A DNA stretch of 64,000 nt. Source: Malacoraja senta. Lineage: Eukaryota. The stretch is taken from contig CM075990.1 in NCBI GenBank assembly GCA_038087875.1, forward strand, positions 15,192,001 to 15,256,000. Direction: 5' to 3'. The first letter of the stretch is position 1. Each line of letters opens with the position of its first letter. The translations under genes were made by a program, and so were the position numbers. Under the pieces are notes generated by a model. The model was given only the letters and a program-made list of their open reading frames with translations, did not search any database and was not told the origin of the DNA. Below, one piece after another: positions 49,047 to 61,095 of this stretch.

Positions 49047-49340
49047 TCAAAATCCCATCAGATAGCTCACTTCACTCTGCACTATACCACCAATTTTAAT
49101 GTCATCTGCAAACTTACTAACTGTGTTACCTACATTCACATCCAAGTTGTTAATATAAATAACAGACAATAGTGGATCCAGCACTGATCCTTGCGGCACA
49201 TCACTTGTTCCAGGCATCCAGTCTGAAAAAACACACTCCACCACTAAACTGTCCCCGACCTTCAAGCCAATTTTGTATCCAAATGGTCAGCTTGCCCTGA
49301 ACCCCTTCAGATGTAACCTTCCAAACCAGCCTCCCATGCA
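49047..49340 (-). mobile_element. Old CR1 RT core fragment
   Basis: FSDWMPGTSDVPQGSVLDPLLSVIYINNLD...SKFADDIKIGG (RT motifs B and C). Confidence 0.85.
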
Positions 49341-49359
49341 GTAACATTGCATGACGTAA

Positions 49360-49870
49360 AGGAGCTGTCCCACTGCGGCGACCTAATTGGCAAGTTTAGA
49401 AGAGTTTGCCCTCGACTCATACTCGCAGCATGGTCGACACGAGGTCCTAGGAGGTCTTTGTAACTCTCCTTTATGCTCGAGAGTAGTCCCCGCGTACTCG
49501 AGGCCTCAGCTAGGTCGCGGTGTATTTTTCAACATGCTACAAAATACCCGCGAGTAAAAAATGGTCGGCATGGAAAAAAATCGATATTTGTTTTACTCGT
49601 AGGTTTAGTCGAAGCAGGTCGTAGTAGGTCGGCATGTTAGTCGTAGGTAATCGAGGGTAGTCGAAGGTAGTCGTAGATAGTCTTCAACATAGTCGAAGGG
49701 AGGTCGAAGGAGATCGAAGGAGGTCGTCTTCACTCTCCACTATTCGGTGTCCAATTTTCCCGAAGCTAGTCAAAGCTAGTCTTCTACATAGTCGAAGGAG
49801 GTCTTCAACATGACACTTTTTCAAACTTTCCTTAACTCACCAATTAGGTCGCTGCAGTGGGACAGCCCCA
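49360..49870. mobile_element. PIF/Harbinger-type non-autonomous DNA transposon
   Basis: TIRs of at least 31 bp (AGGAGCTGTCCCACTGCGGCGACCTAATTGG / CCAATTAGGTCGCTGCAGTGGGACAGCCCCA), TAA/TTA flanks, internal (TAGTCGAAGG)-like repeats. Confidence 0.82.
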
Positions 49871-50342
49871 TTATGTTCCTTATTAAATCTGCACAGTTTA
49901 TGAGTCAGTCTTCTGCTTGCATGTGGCAAAACCTGAATAATATTCATGTAGGATCAAGATTCAAGTTCAAGTTAATTGTCACATGTACCAATTAAGGTAC
50001 AGTGAAATTTGAGTTACCATACAGCCATACAAAGTGAGAAAAACAACAATATACAATTCGGCCACATAAAATAAAATGTAACATACACATCCACCACAGC
50101 ACATGTGGCAAGTAATGTTTATGGAACCAACACCAAGCAAGACCATCTTTAACAAGTGAAACCCAAATCACACTCTCTTGACTACCAATGGCATTATCAT
50201 CATGAAAATCCACCACCTTCAGCATTCTTGGCATTACCAGATACTCAAATTAACCAGTTACATAAATATTGTGACAACAGAAATTTAAGCTGAGTATTCC
50301 ATGTAGAATAACTTTCGAGTTGAGATGATTTCTTACTCCTAA

Positions 50343-51011
50343 AGGGCCTGTCCCACTTACGCGACCTTTACAGGCGACTGCTGGCATCCGTGATAGGTCG
50401 CCGAAATTTTCAACATGTTGAAAATTCAGCGGCGACCAGAAAGGCGTTACGACTCTTTGGAGACCTCTCATGACCCTACAGGCGACCCCTGACGACATGT
50501 CCCGGGTGACCTTTCATAGAAACATAGAAAATTGGTGCAGGAGTAGGCCATTCGGCCCTTCAAGCCTGCACCGCCATTCAATATGATCATGGCTGATCAT
50601 CTGACTCAGTATCCTGTACCTGCCTTCTCTCCATACCCCCTGATCCCTTTAGCCACAAGGGCCACATCTAACTCCCACTTAAATATAGCTAATGAACTGG
50701 CCTCAACTACCTTCTGTGGCAGAGAGTTCCAGAGATTCACCACTCTCTGTGTGAAAAATGTTTTCCTCATCTCGGTCCTAAAAGATTTCCCCCTTATCCT
50801 TAAACTGTGACCCCTTGTTCTGGACTTCCCCAACATCGGGAACAATCTTCCTGCCTGTATGGTCGTGAGAGGTCTCCTATGGTCGTGAGAGGTCTCCAAG
50901 GAGTCGTAGCGTCTTTCTGGTCCCGCTGAATTTTCAACATGTTGAAATTTTGGCGACCCATCACGGGTGCCGGCAGTCGCCTGTAAAGGTCGCGTAAGTG
51001 GGACAGGCCCT
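50343..51011. mobile_element. Long-TIR PIF/Harbinger-type MITE with a CR1 3' end (50515-50853, -) in its centre
   Basis: Arms of about 140 bp starting AGGGCCTGTCCCACTTACGCGACCTTTACAGGCGACTG. TAA TSD at 50340-50342 and 51012-51014. Confidence 0.9.
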
Positions 51012-51310
51012 TAAGAGTATTTCCAAGTTCTGCAAGGCACAGTTCAAGAATATGATGTAATATTCTCCACTTACCTGAAAGAGTACAGGTCCAACATTAC
51101 TCAATAGCCTGACAGTTATAGATTGTCAAATCTCCGTTTATTGGCAAACCATTCTCCCCCACTTTGAACGTTTAATATCAGCATAGCAATCTCACTATGT
51201 TTATTATCTACAAGACACATTGCAGCAACTCGCCCATGCTTCTTGGGCCTCAATATCCTTTTATTTCTATCACTTTTTACCTCTACTACCGAGAAGGCCA
51301 ATAAGTATAT

Positions 51311-51512
51311 GCTCACAATTCCATCCTACATAATAGGGACAATTTACAGAAGCCAATTAACCTGTACGTCTTTGGAGTGTGGGAGGAAACCGGAGCGCCG
51401 GAGAAAACCCACGTGGTCACAGAGAACATGCAAACTCTGTACAGAGAGCAGCCAGTCAGGATCGAACCCGGGTCTCTGGCGCTGTGAGGTAGCAACTCTA
51501 CCGCTGTGCCAC
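51311..51512 (-). mobile_element. V-type SINE, 3'-truncated
   Basis: tRNA-like head and central block. Confidence 0.8.
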
Positions 51513-51879
51513 CCCTCATGGTTCATGTTGTGGTTTATTTTCATCTGTGTTATCTTGCTGGGCGAAGCTACTGGCTGGCCTCTGCTGGTTAATGTTGTAA
51601 CATCAAGATGATCAAAATCTGTTCCTGTTGCAGTTTGTTGACTGCTGCTCGCAACACTTTATTATGCAACAGTAAAGCCAAACAATTTTCTGGGTGTAGT
51701 ATTGGAAAGTATGGAAACGTCCTCTTAAATGTGTCATCTGATGTGCACCACACAATACCTTGTGTAACTAAAGGTAGACACAAAATGATGGAGTAACTCA
51801 GCGGGACAGGCAGCATCTCTGGAGAGAAGGAATGGGTGATGTTTCGGGTCGAGACCCTTCTTCAGACCTTGTGTAACTA

Positions 51880-52448
51880 TGCAGGTCAGGCAGTGTCTCT
51901 GGAGAACGTGGGTAGGTGACGTTTCAGGCTAGGACCCTCCGACAGACTGTCTGTGATGGGGGTGGGGAACTGGGAGAGGGGAGGGACAGGACAAAGCCTG
52001 TAAGGTGAGAGATGGATACTGGTGAGGGGGTTTTGATAGACAGATGATTAGACAATGGCCAGAGAGGGAAAGACACCAAATGCGAGACAGAAGTGTTGCA
52101 AACTGTGAAGCTAGAGGAAGGAATGCAGGTGGAAGGGGATAAATAGATGTGTGTCCACGTGGGGAACAGTGGATAGAGGAGGGAAAGAATGGGGGAAGAA
52201 GGTGGGTGGGAAAGTGGTTTATTTTCACCTAGAATTGGAAAACTCAATGTTCACCCCATTGTGTTGTCGGCTCTCTCAATGGAATATGAGGTGTTGTTCC
52301 TTCAGTTTTTATGTGGTCTCACTCTGACAGTGAAGGAGGCCTGGAACAAAAAGATCAGTATGGAAATGGGAAGGGGAGTTAAAATGTTTAGCAACCGAGA
52401 GATGCAAAAGGCCTTTGTGGACCGAGCGCAAGTGTTCGGTGAAACGCC
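51880..52448 (-). mobile_element. Old Penelope-like 3' region with GIY-YIG remnant
   Basis: Minus strand FTEHLRSVHKGLLHLSVAKHFNSPSHFHTDL...LLHCQSE, then 3' UTR and terminal repeat. Confidence 0.75.
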
Positions 52449-53329
52449 AACTTTCTGCTTTGATCTGCTATTCCTGCTGGCTGTTTTAAAAGGAAGAACT
52501 TCAATATTATACGGGTGTAAAAGCAAGACAAAGAATGAATACAGCTAAGATGGACAAAGTGACACTCGTCCACAGATTTCCAGATATCCATGTACCATTG
52601 GCAGGAATGTCTGAATGATACATTTACAACTGGGGAACTGGCTTCTCGTAGACCAAAGATTCGTCACTGATAAATATGCAGGAAATCATTTCTATGTAAA
52701 ACCCGACAGTTAAAATATTCTGTGATTGTTTCCAGGGAACCTGCTTCGGTTTAATGGGGGACACGACCTCTTGTGTGGGTGAACTTTTTAATAAGCAGCT
52801 AACCATTGCACAAAAGATTGAATAATACCCTTGCTAAGTGGATTCGTATTGCACCTGGAGAGACATTATCTTAAGGTTCATTGAAGCTTTTTCTCATGAA
52901 GCTTCAAAGGTGACCTAATAATTGTACACTGGAACAACTTTTGAACTATTTTTTTCATAAAAGAAATCCTGCTGCCTTTGAAGTGAGCTGAGTCATACCC
53001 AGACTGGATTTTGAGACAATCTAGTTCCCCTTTCAATTTCCCCAGCATGTCTTACCAGCTGGAAGGATTACCAAAAGTTTTTTTTTGCTTAAACGTAGAA
53101 ACTTGCCATGTAGCAAAGGGTTAACCCAAGTGGAAACATGATCCGTTATTTCAAGCGATGCAGTTAGAGAGTCATACAATACGGAAACGGGCCCTTCAGC
53201 CCATTGTATCGGAACTGGCCATCAAGCACCCGTTTACTCATTTCCATTAACTCCCCCCAGACTCTTCCCACTCACCTGAACACCTGGGGCAATTGACAGG
53301 GTCTGGTTAAAACCTATGAACGCACACTT

Positions 53330-53620
53330 TTAGTTTAATTTAGAGATACAGCACGGAAACAGACTCTTTGGACCACCGAATCCACGCTGACCAGCGATCC
53401 CCGCACACTAACACCATCCAGCACACACTAGGGCCAATTTACAATTATACCAAGCCAATTAACCTCCAAACCTGCACTTCTTTGGAGTGTGGGAGGAAAC
53501 TGGAGATCCCGGAGAAAACCCACACAGATCACAGGGAGAACGTACAAACTCTGTACAGACAGCACCCGCAGTCAGGATTGAACACAGGTCTCTGTCGCTG
53601 TAAGGCAGCAACTCTACTAC
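53330..53620 (-). mobile_element. V-type SINE nested in an older SINE (about 53168-53760)
   Basis: Younger copy flanked by the two halves of a more diverged copy. Confidence 0.75.
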
Positions 53621-56425
53621 TTGGGAATGTGGGAGGAAACCGTAGCACCCTGAGGTAACCAACAGGGTTGCAAAGTGAATGTGCAAACTCCACATAGATA
53701 GTACCAGAGATCAGGATCGAAACCTGGGGAACTGTTTTTTGCAGCAGCTCCACTCGTTGCAACACTGGTCCGTGAATAAAATGAACAGTTACCAACATAA
53801 ACAAACACTATTTTTTTTCATGGCTGAGATAACCTGTTGATACCAGTAACGCAGACCGGTTTTTGGAATATGACATCCAGAGGCATTGCCACTAGCCATT
53901 TAATTGCTGCCAAAGGCATTTTCATTATGCTTGCTTTCTGCTGTTGCACTTCCTGCTGCATTGACTCTTCAATTTGCCAGTCTATAATTTTCTAAAGCTG
54001 GTGGTAATGAAGCAATAGATAATGAATCTCATTTTTGTTGATATTGAAGGTAGACAAGAGTTCCATTTAGTCTCTTCTGTATTTTTTAACTCTAAGATTT
54101 TTTTGAGAGATTCAACTTTCCTTTGTGTAAATATAAGCTAGCAGAATTAATGACTAACTTTGGTGATGTGATCAAGGTTGTGGATTGATGGATAACATTT
54201 TGTAATAGCCATGTTTCTAACAAGTAAAGCAGTATGTAGAAAAGTCCAGACCTGAAACATCACCGATCCATGTTCTTCAGAGATGCTGCCCAACCTGTTG
54301 ACTTATTCCATCACTTTGTGTCATTTTTTTTGTAAACCAGCATCTGCAGTTCCTTGTTTCTACATGCAAAAAATGTCCTTGTTCTTCAATTAAATGCCTA
54401 ACAAGCTAAGTTGCATATTCAAATTATTTATTTGAATATACAAATTCAAATACTAAACAGAATATATGTTTTAAGACCTATTATCTGGATATGTTTTAAG
54501 ACCTATTATCTGGATAAAGCTTAAATGGTAATGTCTAATCATTGTGGTTAGGTTCATCAGAAATTACAGTATATCATTAGAGATTAATTAATTCCATTTA
54601 AAGTCATCTTTGGCATATCTTTTAAGGTGAGAGGGAGAAAGTTTAAAGGAGATGTGCGCAACAAGATTTTTACAGAGAGGATGGCGGGTGACTGGAACCT
54701 TGCCTGAGTGGTGACAGGATACTGGCATTTAAGAGGTGTTTTAGATAGGCAACTGGAAATGGAGGGATATGGATCATATGTAGGCAGATAAGATCAGTTA
54801 TCTTGGCATCATGTTTGATATGGATATTGTGGGCTGAATGGCCTGTTCTTGTGCTGAATACTGAATGGCCTGTTATTGTTTCATATTAACCTGGGCTGAT
54901 TCATCTTGACATCTATAAAGACATCTTTCATCATCATGTGAAAACCTATCATTGCATTGGTTTCTTCTGCTAATCCTTCAATTTGCATCTTTAATCATTT
55001 AGAATCAGGTATTCTTGGGCAGGTCCTAACCTGCCAATCAGAACTGTGCATTAGTTTCTTTATATAAGCAGCAAGTTTTTAGATGCGATTTTATGATTTT
55101 TGATGTGAGTTTGACCCTGATACTAAAGCAACTAAGATGAGTACAATTATGTCGCTTTTTGTTTTGCATCTGCTTCAATTAATTTGGGAAATATATGGAA
55201 CGATGTGTCTTCGTCTCTGAATCTGGATGTTGTCGTTTCAAAAGTTTTGATCTGGCTTTTATTCCGCACAAGTAATAGAGCAGTCATAACACAATACATG
55301 CACTATATAATTACCTTAAGGCTTGAAGGAATAGTGACGTTCAAGAACTATATAACTTTATCATATTGTAGCAAATTGTGTACTCATCAACATCCTTTTA
55401 TCATGAGTATTTTCAAAATTATGGGTTTGCGTAAGGAACCAGGAAATGTGTGCCATGAGAATTTCTGCTTTCATGGTCGTTTAATAACTTGTTCATGCAC
55501 AAGTGCATCGTAGTCCAACTTTTAGTGTAATGCAATGAAATGGTTCTGTAGCATGGAAACCTCTTCCTTAATTCTGAAATAGAAATATTCATAAGGGAGA
55601 ATGGTTTAATTACACTATAATTTGGTGACTGTTAGCAGGTCAGAACAGCTAAATTAAGTTAAGTGATTTAAAGATTAATTATGAATGAGTGAATTTGTTC
55701 AAAATATATTTTAGAACCCTTTGATAAAACTGAAGCTAGAGGCAACACTGCAATTGACAAAGGGCAAGGACAAAATTATCATAAACTATTAGATTGTTTG
55801 CAAAGGATTTTATGTTAACCTTTTAGTACTAATGTACCCTGCAATTAGCATATCATAGGAGCTGCCTGCAAGCAAAGCCATGCAAATTGAAGTTCTCAGA
55901 TAAGGAGTGTTCACAGAAAAAAATCAAAGAAGGGGTTGGTGTGCTACTCAAAAGCTATCAATCCTCGTGTTTGGGATTAGGAGTTGTAATCATTGTTCCA
56001 TCAGTCTTTGCTTCTAATTAGATCCCTTCCTTCAACCATGACAATGGATGAAGCATTGATTTCTGTGTGTTATTGTGAGAGTCATTTAATTTTAGGGCTG
56101 AGAATATGAATAGGCAAAATAAAAAGGTTGGATGATGGCTTTGTTGATAGCCTTGTTTAACATCTGCTTTGTTGCTTGGTTTGAAAACAAGGAGAGTTGG
56201 GAAGAGATCGTGGGAGATGTGGGAATTGTCAAGCTCCCAGAGTTTTGCACTCTTCTCAAAGTCAAAGAGTTTCTCTAATTTTAAAATCATTGACTTTGTC
56301 TATTGGACTTTGTAAAAATATAATTGAGATATAAATTCTAACATTTGCCAAGTTATAAACATGCATGTGTTCTTGTTGTTTGTACATAAATCTCTGCAAC
56401 TTGGGAACTTTTTTGTGGTGTGTAA

Positions 56426-56893
56426 AGGCCCTGTCCCACCTTGCGATTTCTTCGGCGACTGCTGGTGTCATATCAGTAACACCAAAAGATTTTTGAACAT
56501 TTTAAAATCCAGCGTCTAAGTAGGAACTGCAGATGCTGGAAAATCGAAGGTAGACGAAAATGCTGGAGAAACTCAGCGGGTGAGGCAGCATCTATGGTGC
56601 GAAGGAAATAGGCAACGTTTCGGGTCAAAACCCTTCTTCAGACTAAAGAAGGGTTTCAACCCGAAACGTCGCCTATTTCCTTCACACCATAGATGCTGCC
56701 TCACCCGCTGAGTTTCTCCAGCATTTTTGTCTACCGGCAACAAGAAAATGTTGCGACACTTGAAAAAGCACCGCGCATCATATGTCATCACGCCACGTCA
56801 CGCCGCATCACACTGCAAATTTTTCAGTGACCTGATACGCCAGTCAATGATGCCGGCAGTCGCTGAAAAAAATCGTCAAGTGGGACAGGCCCT
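56426..56893. mobile_element. PIF/Harbinger-type MITE containing an inverted pair of Penelope repeats (56515-56735)
   Basis: TIRs AGGCCCTGTCCCAC / GTGGGACAGGCCCT; TAA TSD at 56423-56425 and 56894-56896. The 48162 copy is contiguous across the insertion point (ATCCAGCGGCGAC). Confidence 0.88.
56614..56641 (-). ncRNA. Minimal hammerhead motif, intact core
   Basis: CTGAAGA-A-GGGT(TTTG)ACCC-GAAAC-GTT. Confidence 0.7.
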
Positions 56894-58403
56894 TAATAGA
56901 CCAACTTCCCTCCGCGGATGAATAACGTTTTATCATATCGTATTGTATCGTATACATAAGACGGCATCAATCAAAAACATCTTGTGCTTTAAACATACAA
57001 ATCAGTAATCCAACTTCTTTGCCTTGTATGAATTAACATCATGCATACTTATGTCAAGAGTGTTTCGTTGTCAAATGTACCGAAAACAGAACAATGATAT
57101 TCTTAAGATAGACACAAATGCTAGAGTGACTCAGCGGGACAGGCAGCATCTCTGGGGAGAAGGAATGGGTGTCGTTTCAGGTCGAGACCCTTCAGACTTT
57201 TGCAGCAGCATAACACAGCACTCCTACATAACAAAATAAATGAAAGAAAGTCGATAAATTGAAAACAAAACACACAATATTAGTGCAAAACAAAAGCTCA
57301 AAGTTCCTAGTGCAGCCCAGAATGGTTCATATTTTGTAGTTTAGTTGGTATTTGTAGTGTTCAGGAGCCTGATGGTTGTTGGGAAGAAACTGTTCCTGAA
57401 CCTGGAGTTCGCAGTTTTCTGACTCCCATACCATCTTTCTGGTTGCAGGAGTGAAATGGGAGCATGCCCAGGGTGATCCTTAACCAACAAAAAGAAATTG
57501 CATGACTACATTTGAATGAAACACAAGATTTATCTTTGGAACACTGCATAAAAAAATGTTATAAGTACAGCATTGTTGTGCTCAGGGAGGAACGTAAGCT
57601 GCCTTCAAATGCGAGTCTGTAACTGTTCCACTTGATAGGTCTTGTACAAAAATTGGTCACACATGTAATCTTAATGGTTGCGAGTAGTTCACTTTGTGAT
57701 GCACAGCTTGGGTACTTGTGCTCTGATTTCTCCAACGAGAAGCAACTAATACTTTGTGTCTGATACATGAGTGGCAAGTGAAAAATCTTTCCATTAGTAT
57801 AAAATCAAACTTTAGTTCCCTTATATTTTTTGGCCGATTAGGTATATCTGCTGAGAGATAAGGACGCAAAGTGTTGGAGTAACTCAGCAGATCAGGTAGC
57901 ATCTCTTTTCAGTTCAGTTTAGTTTATTGTCACGTATACTGAGGTACAGTGAAAATCTTTTGTCGCGTGCCAACCAGTCAGCGGAAAGGCAAAATCATGA
58001 TTACATTCGAGCCATTTCAGTTTTTAGATACATGATAAGGGAATAACATTTAGTGCAAGGTAAAGCCAGCAAAGTCCAAATCAAGGATAGTCCGAGGGTC
58101 ACCAATGAGGTAGGTAGGAGTTCAGCATTGTTCTCTGGTTGTGGTAGGATGGTTCAGTTGCCTGATAACAGCGCTGAGGTATTGCACATGCCTCTGGTAG
58201 CGAGTCAAGGTCAGTACGCGGTTGCAGAGCAGGATACCTGTCGGAATCATAGAGGGGGAGCAGTTGTAGAACTCCCATCTAAGAGAACTCCCATCTAGGA
58301 GAGGAGAACTTCTTCAAAGTAGACATACATTGAGGACATTTTGTAAGGGAGCAGCAAAATGTAGAAACAAGGAACTGCAGATGATGCGGTCTGTAACTGC
58401 GGT

Positions 58404-58431
58404 CTGAAGAAGGGGTTCGGCCCGAAACGTT
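58404..58431 (+). ncRNA. Minimal hammerhead motif, intact core
   Basis: GGT-CTGAAGA-A-GGG(GTTCGG)CCC-GAAAC-GTT-GCC. Confidence 0.65.
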
Positions 58432-59415
58432 GCCTATTTCCTTCGCTCCATAGATGCTGCCGCACCCGCTGAGTTTCTCCAGCAATTTTGTCCAACTGCA
58501 GATGCAGGTTTACAAAAAATGAGACAAACTGCTGAAGAAGGGTCTCAACCCGAAATATCGCCCATTCCTTCTCTCCAGAGATGCTGCCTGAGTTACTCCA
58601 GCATTTTGTGTCTATCTTCGCTGGAATAACTTAGCAGAACAGGCAGCATCTGCTGAGAGACTTTGCTTCTTGCATGTTACTTTTCAACATGTTCTACAAC
58701 TTTCAAAATATAACTTTAGAAACTTTTGCCAACGTTATTTCTTTATTCCCATCCTTCATGTGGATAAAATCAACACAGGTTGTTTTCTCTATTGTTATTT
58801 AAACTGTGTTTATATGTTGAATGATTGGCTTGGCAGAACTTTTAGTTAATATTTATCTTGCTCTTCAAGCATAATTTGGCTTTGAATTTGTCATTTATAA
58901 TCATGTATTTTCAGACTCTCGTCAGCTATTCCATAGAAATTATAAGCACAAAATTTGTCAGGGTACAAATTAAAATGTACCTGTCACTTTTCAAGCATTG
59001 CACTGTAAGGCAGCGATATTTGTTAATAATTACTAGGTAATAACAATTTTTAACTTGCCCTCAACAAGTTTGGTAGTTATTCCAAGATTTATGACACAGG
59101 GCAATGAATACATTAAAATATTGTTTCTGTTCAGAAATTATACTTTCAAAATTAATTTTGCTTAAACTTACTGTGGATATTTTATTACTTGAAAATAACG
59201 GGATGTTGCAAATGTGGCCTTGGCTGGAGAAGTGAACAAAGAAAGGCCTTTGTGATTAGCCATGTGAATCAGATTACATCACCTACTAGTTATGGGAGAG
59301 AGTTCATATAAATATGGTATGGTAAAACCAAATCTGATTAAAATAGCTTGAAGCAAGAATAAGAATACACGAGAAACTGCAGGTGAATCTTGAACAAATC
59401 TTGCAGGTGAATAGA

Positions 59416-59735
59416 AATTCCTCCTCATCCCCGTCCAAAAGGAACATCCTTTAATTCCCTGGCTATGATCTCTAGTCCTAGACTCTCCCACTAGTGGAAA
59501 CATCCTCTCCACATCCACTCTATCCAAGCCCTTCACTATTCGGTACTTTACAATGAGGTCCCCCCTCATTCTTCTAAACTCCAGCGAGTACAGGCCCAGT
59601 GCCGACTAATGCTCATCGTGTGAGGAAACACTCATTCCTGGGAACATTCTTGTAAACCTCCTCTGGACCATCTTCAGGGTCAGCACATCCTTCCTCAGAT
59701 ATGATGCCCAAAAGTGTTCATAATACTCCAAATAC
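59416..59735 (-). mobile_element. CR1-type LINE fragment
   Basis: YLEYYEHFWASYLRKDVL...RRFTRMFPGM and MRGDLIVKYRIVKGLDRVDVERMFPLVGESRTR. Confidence 0.85.
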
Positions 59736-59806
59736 GTCCTTTTACTGAAGAAATGTGGCGTGAGAATTATATTATTACAGAAACCAGTATTCAGATAAAT
59801 AGAAGA

Positions 59807-60184
59807 CACAAAGTGCTGGAGGAACTCAGCGGGTCAGGCAGCATCTGTGGAGAACATGGATAGGTGACGTTTCACAGAGTGCTGGAGGAACTCAGCGGGT
59901 CAGGCAGCATCTTTGGAGAACATGGATAGGTGACGTTTCACAGAGTGCTGGATTAACTCAGCGGGTCAGGCAGCATCTGTGGAGAACATGGATAGGTGAT
60001 GTTTCACAGAGTGCTGGAGTAACTCAGCGGGTCAGGCAGCATCTTTGGAGAACATGGATAGGTGACGTTTCACAGTGTTGGAGTAACTCAGCGGGTCAGG
60101 CAGCATCTTCGGAGAACATGGATAGGTGACGTTTCACAGTGTTGGAATAACTCAGTGGGTCATGCAGCATCTGGGGAGAACATG
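59807..60184. repeat. Tandem array of 64-66 bp units derived from the Penelope terminal repeat (5 full units plus 1 partial)
   Basis: Units start at 59807, 59873, 59939, 60005, 60071 and 60135: CACAGAGTGCTGGAGTAACTCAGCGGGTCAGGCAGCATCTGTGGAGAACATGGATAGGTGACGTTT. Confidence 0.95.
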
Positions 60185-60199
60185 ACACCTCAAAGTGAG

Positions 60200-61095
60200 G
60201 AAATTATTAAAACTCACCCTCATCTTTAGCTCACTGAGGAAAACAGAATTCAAAGTTATAAACCTTAAACATGCTGAAGAGTATAAAGTCTCCCAGTCAC
60301 ATTGTTCTCTAACCTTTGTCAGCTTCGGAGACATTGTCCACTACAGTGGGCACCTCAAAGTGTGGGCGAAGAACCACAAATACAATCTCCACAAAATCCT
60401 CCAAATCCACTGTAATTTTAAATGAACCAACATCAGTGTCCTCTCCTAACATTGAGGCCCCAATTGCACCCAATCAGCTCCAGTGGGAAGGCCACCATGT
60501 TTGCATGCCTGAGCACAAAGGGAACCAGCTGCCAGAGGAGGTAGTTGAGGCAGATACTATCACAGCGTTTAAGAAACATTTAGACAGGTACATGGATAGG
60601 ACAGGTTTAGAGGGATATGGGCCAAATGCGGGCAGGTAGGACTAAGGACCATGTAGATGAGACATGTTGGTCGGTAAGGGCAAATTGGACTGAATAGCCT
60701 GTTTCCACGCTGTGTAACTCTATGAGTCTATGACCAAAGTCCAAATGGAACACAATGCTTGGAGATCGTCAAAGTGAAGGATTATGAAATGGACAGAGGA
60801 AACGATTCGACAATCCCATGTTCACTTCCAAAATGTGTAAAATCTTTGGCCCAAAAGACTGCTGCAAATGGAGGAAGAGGATACAGGATGGCCATGATTA
60901 TTATGTCAGAAGCCGTGGAAGTCCAGCATAAGTGGTGAAAAGAATGCACCACCTCCCAAATTGTTCACTTGTCTGCCCTTCCATCTCCCAACTCCCCCTC
61001 CTGGCACATTCCCACAGCGTTCACATTTACTGCTTCAAACCACAGAACCAGAGTGGAAACAAGTCGACCTTGAGTCCAAGGGACTGACTGAAGTA
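60200..61095 (+). mobile_element. Old RTE-clade LINE 3' portion, interrupted by a CR1 3' end (60520-60734)
   Basis: SETLSTT..HLK...KILQIH...NIEAPIAPNQLQWEGHHVCMP resembles the RTE post-RT region. The insert reads NQLPEEVVEADTITAFKKHLDRYMDRTGLEGYGPNAGR. Confidence 0.65.

Noticed and set aside
58532..58559. Hammerhead variant with ATAT replacing ACGT (still palindromic) as compensatory change
   Set aside because: Explained simply by CpG deamination on both strands; single copy.
59807..60184. 66-bp periodicity as CRISPR repeat plus spacer
   Set aside because: The whole unit is repeated and derives from the Penelope terminal repeat.
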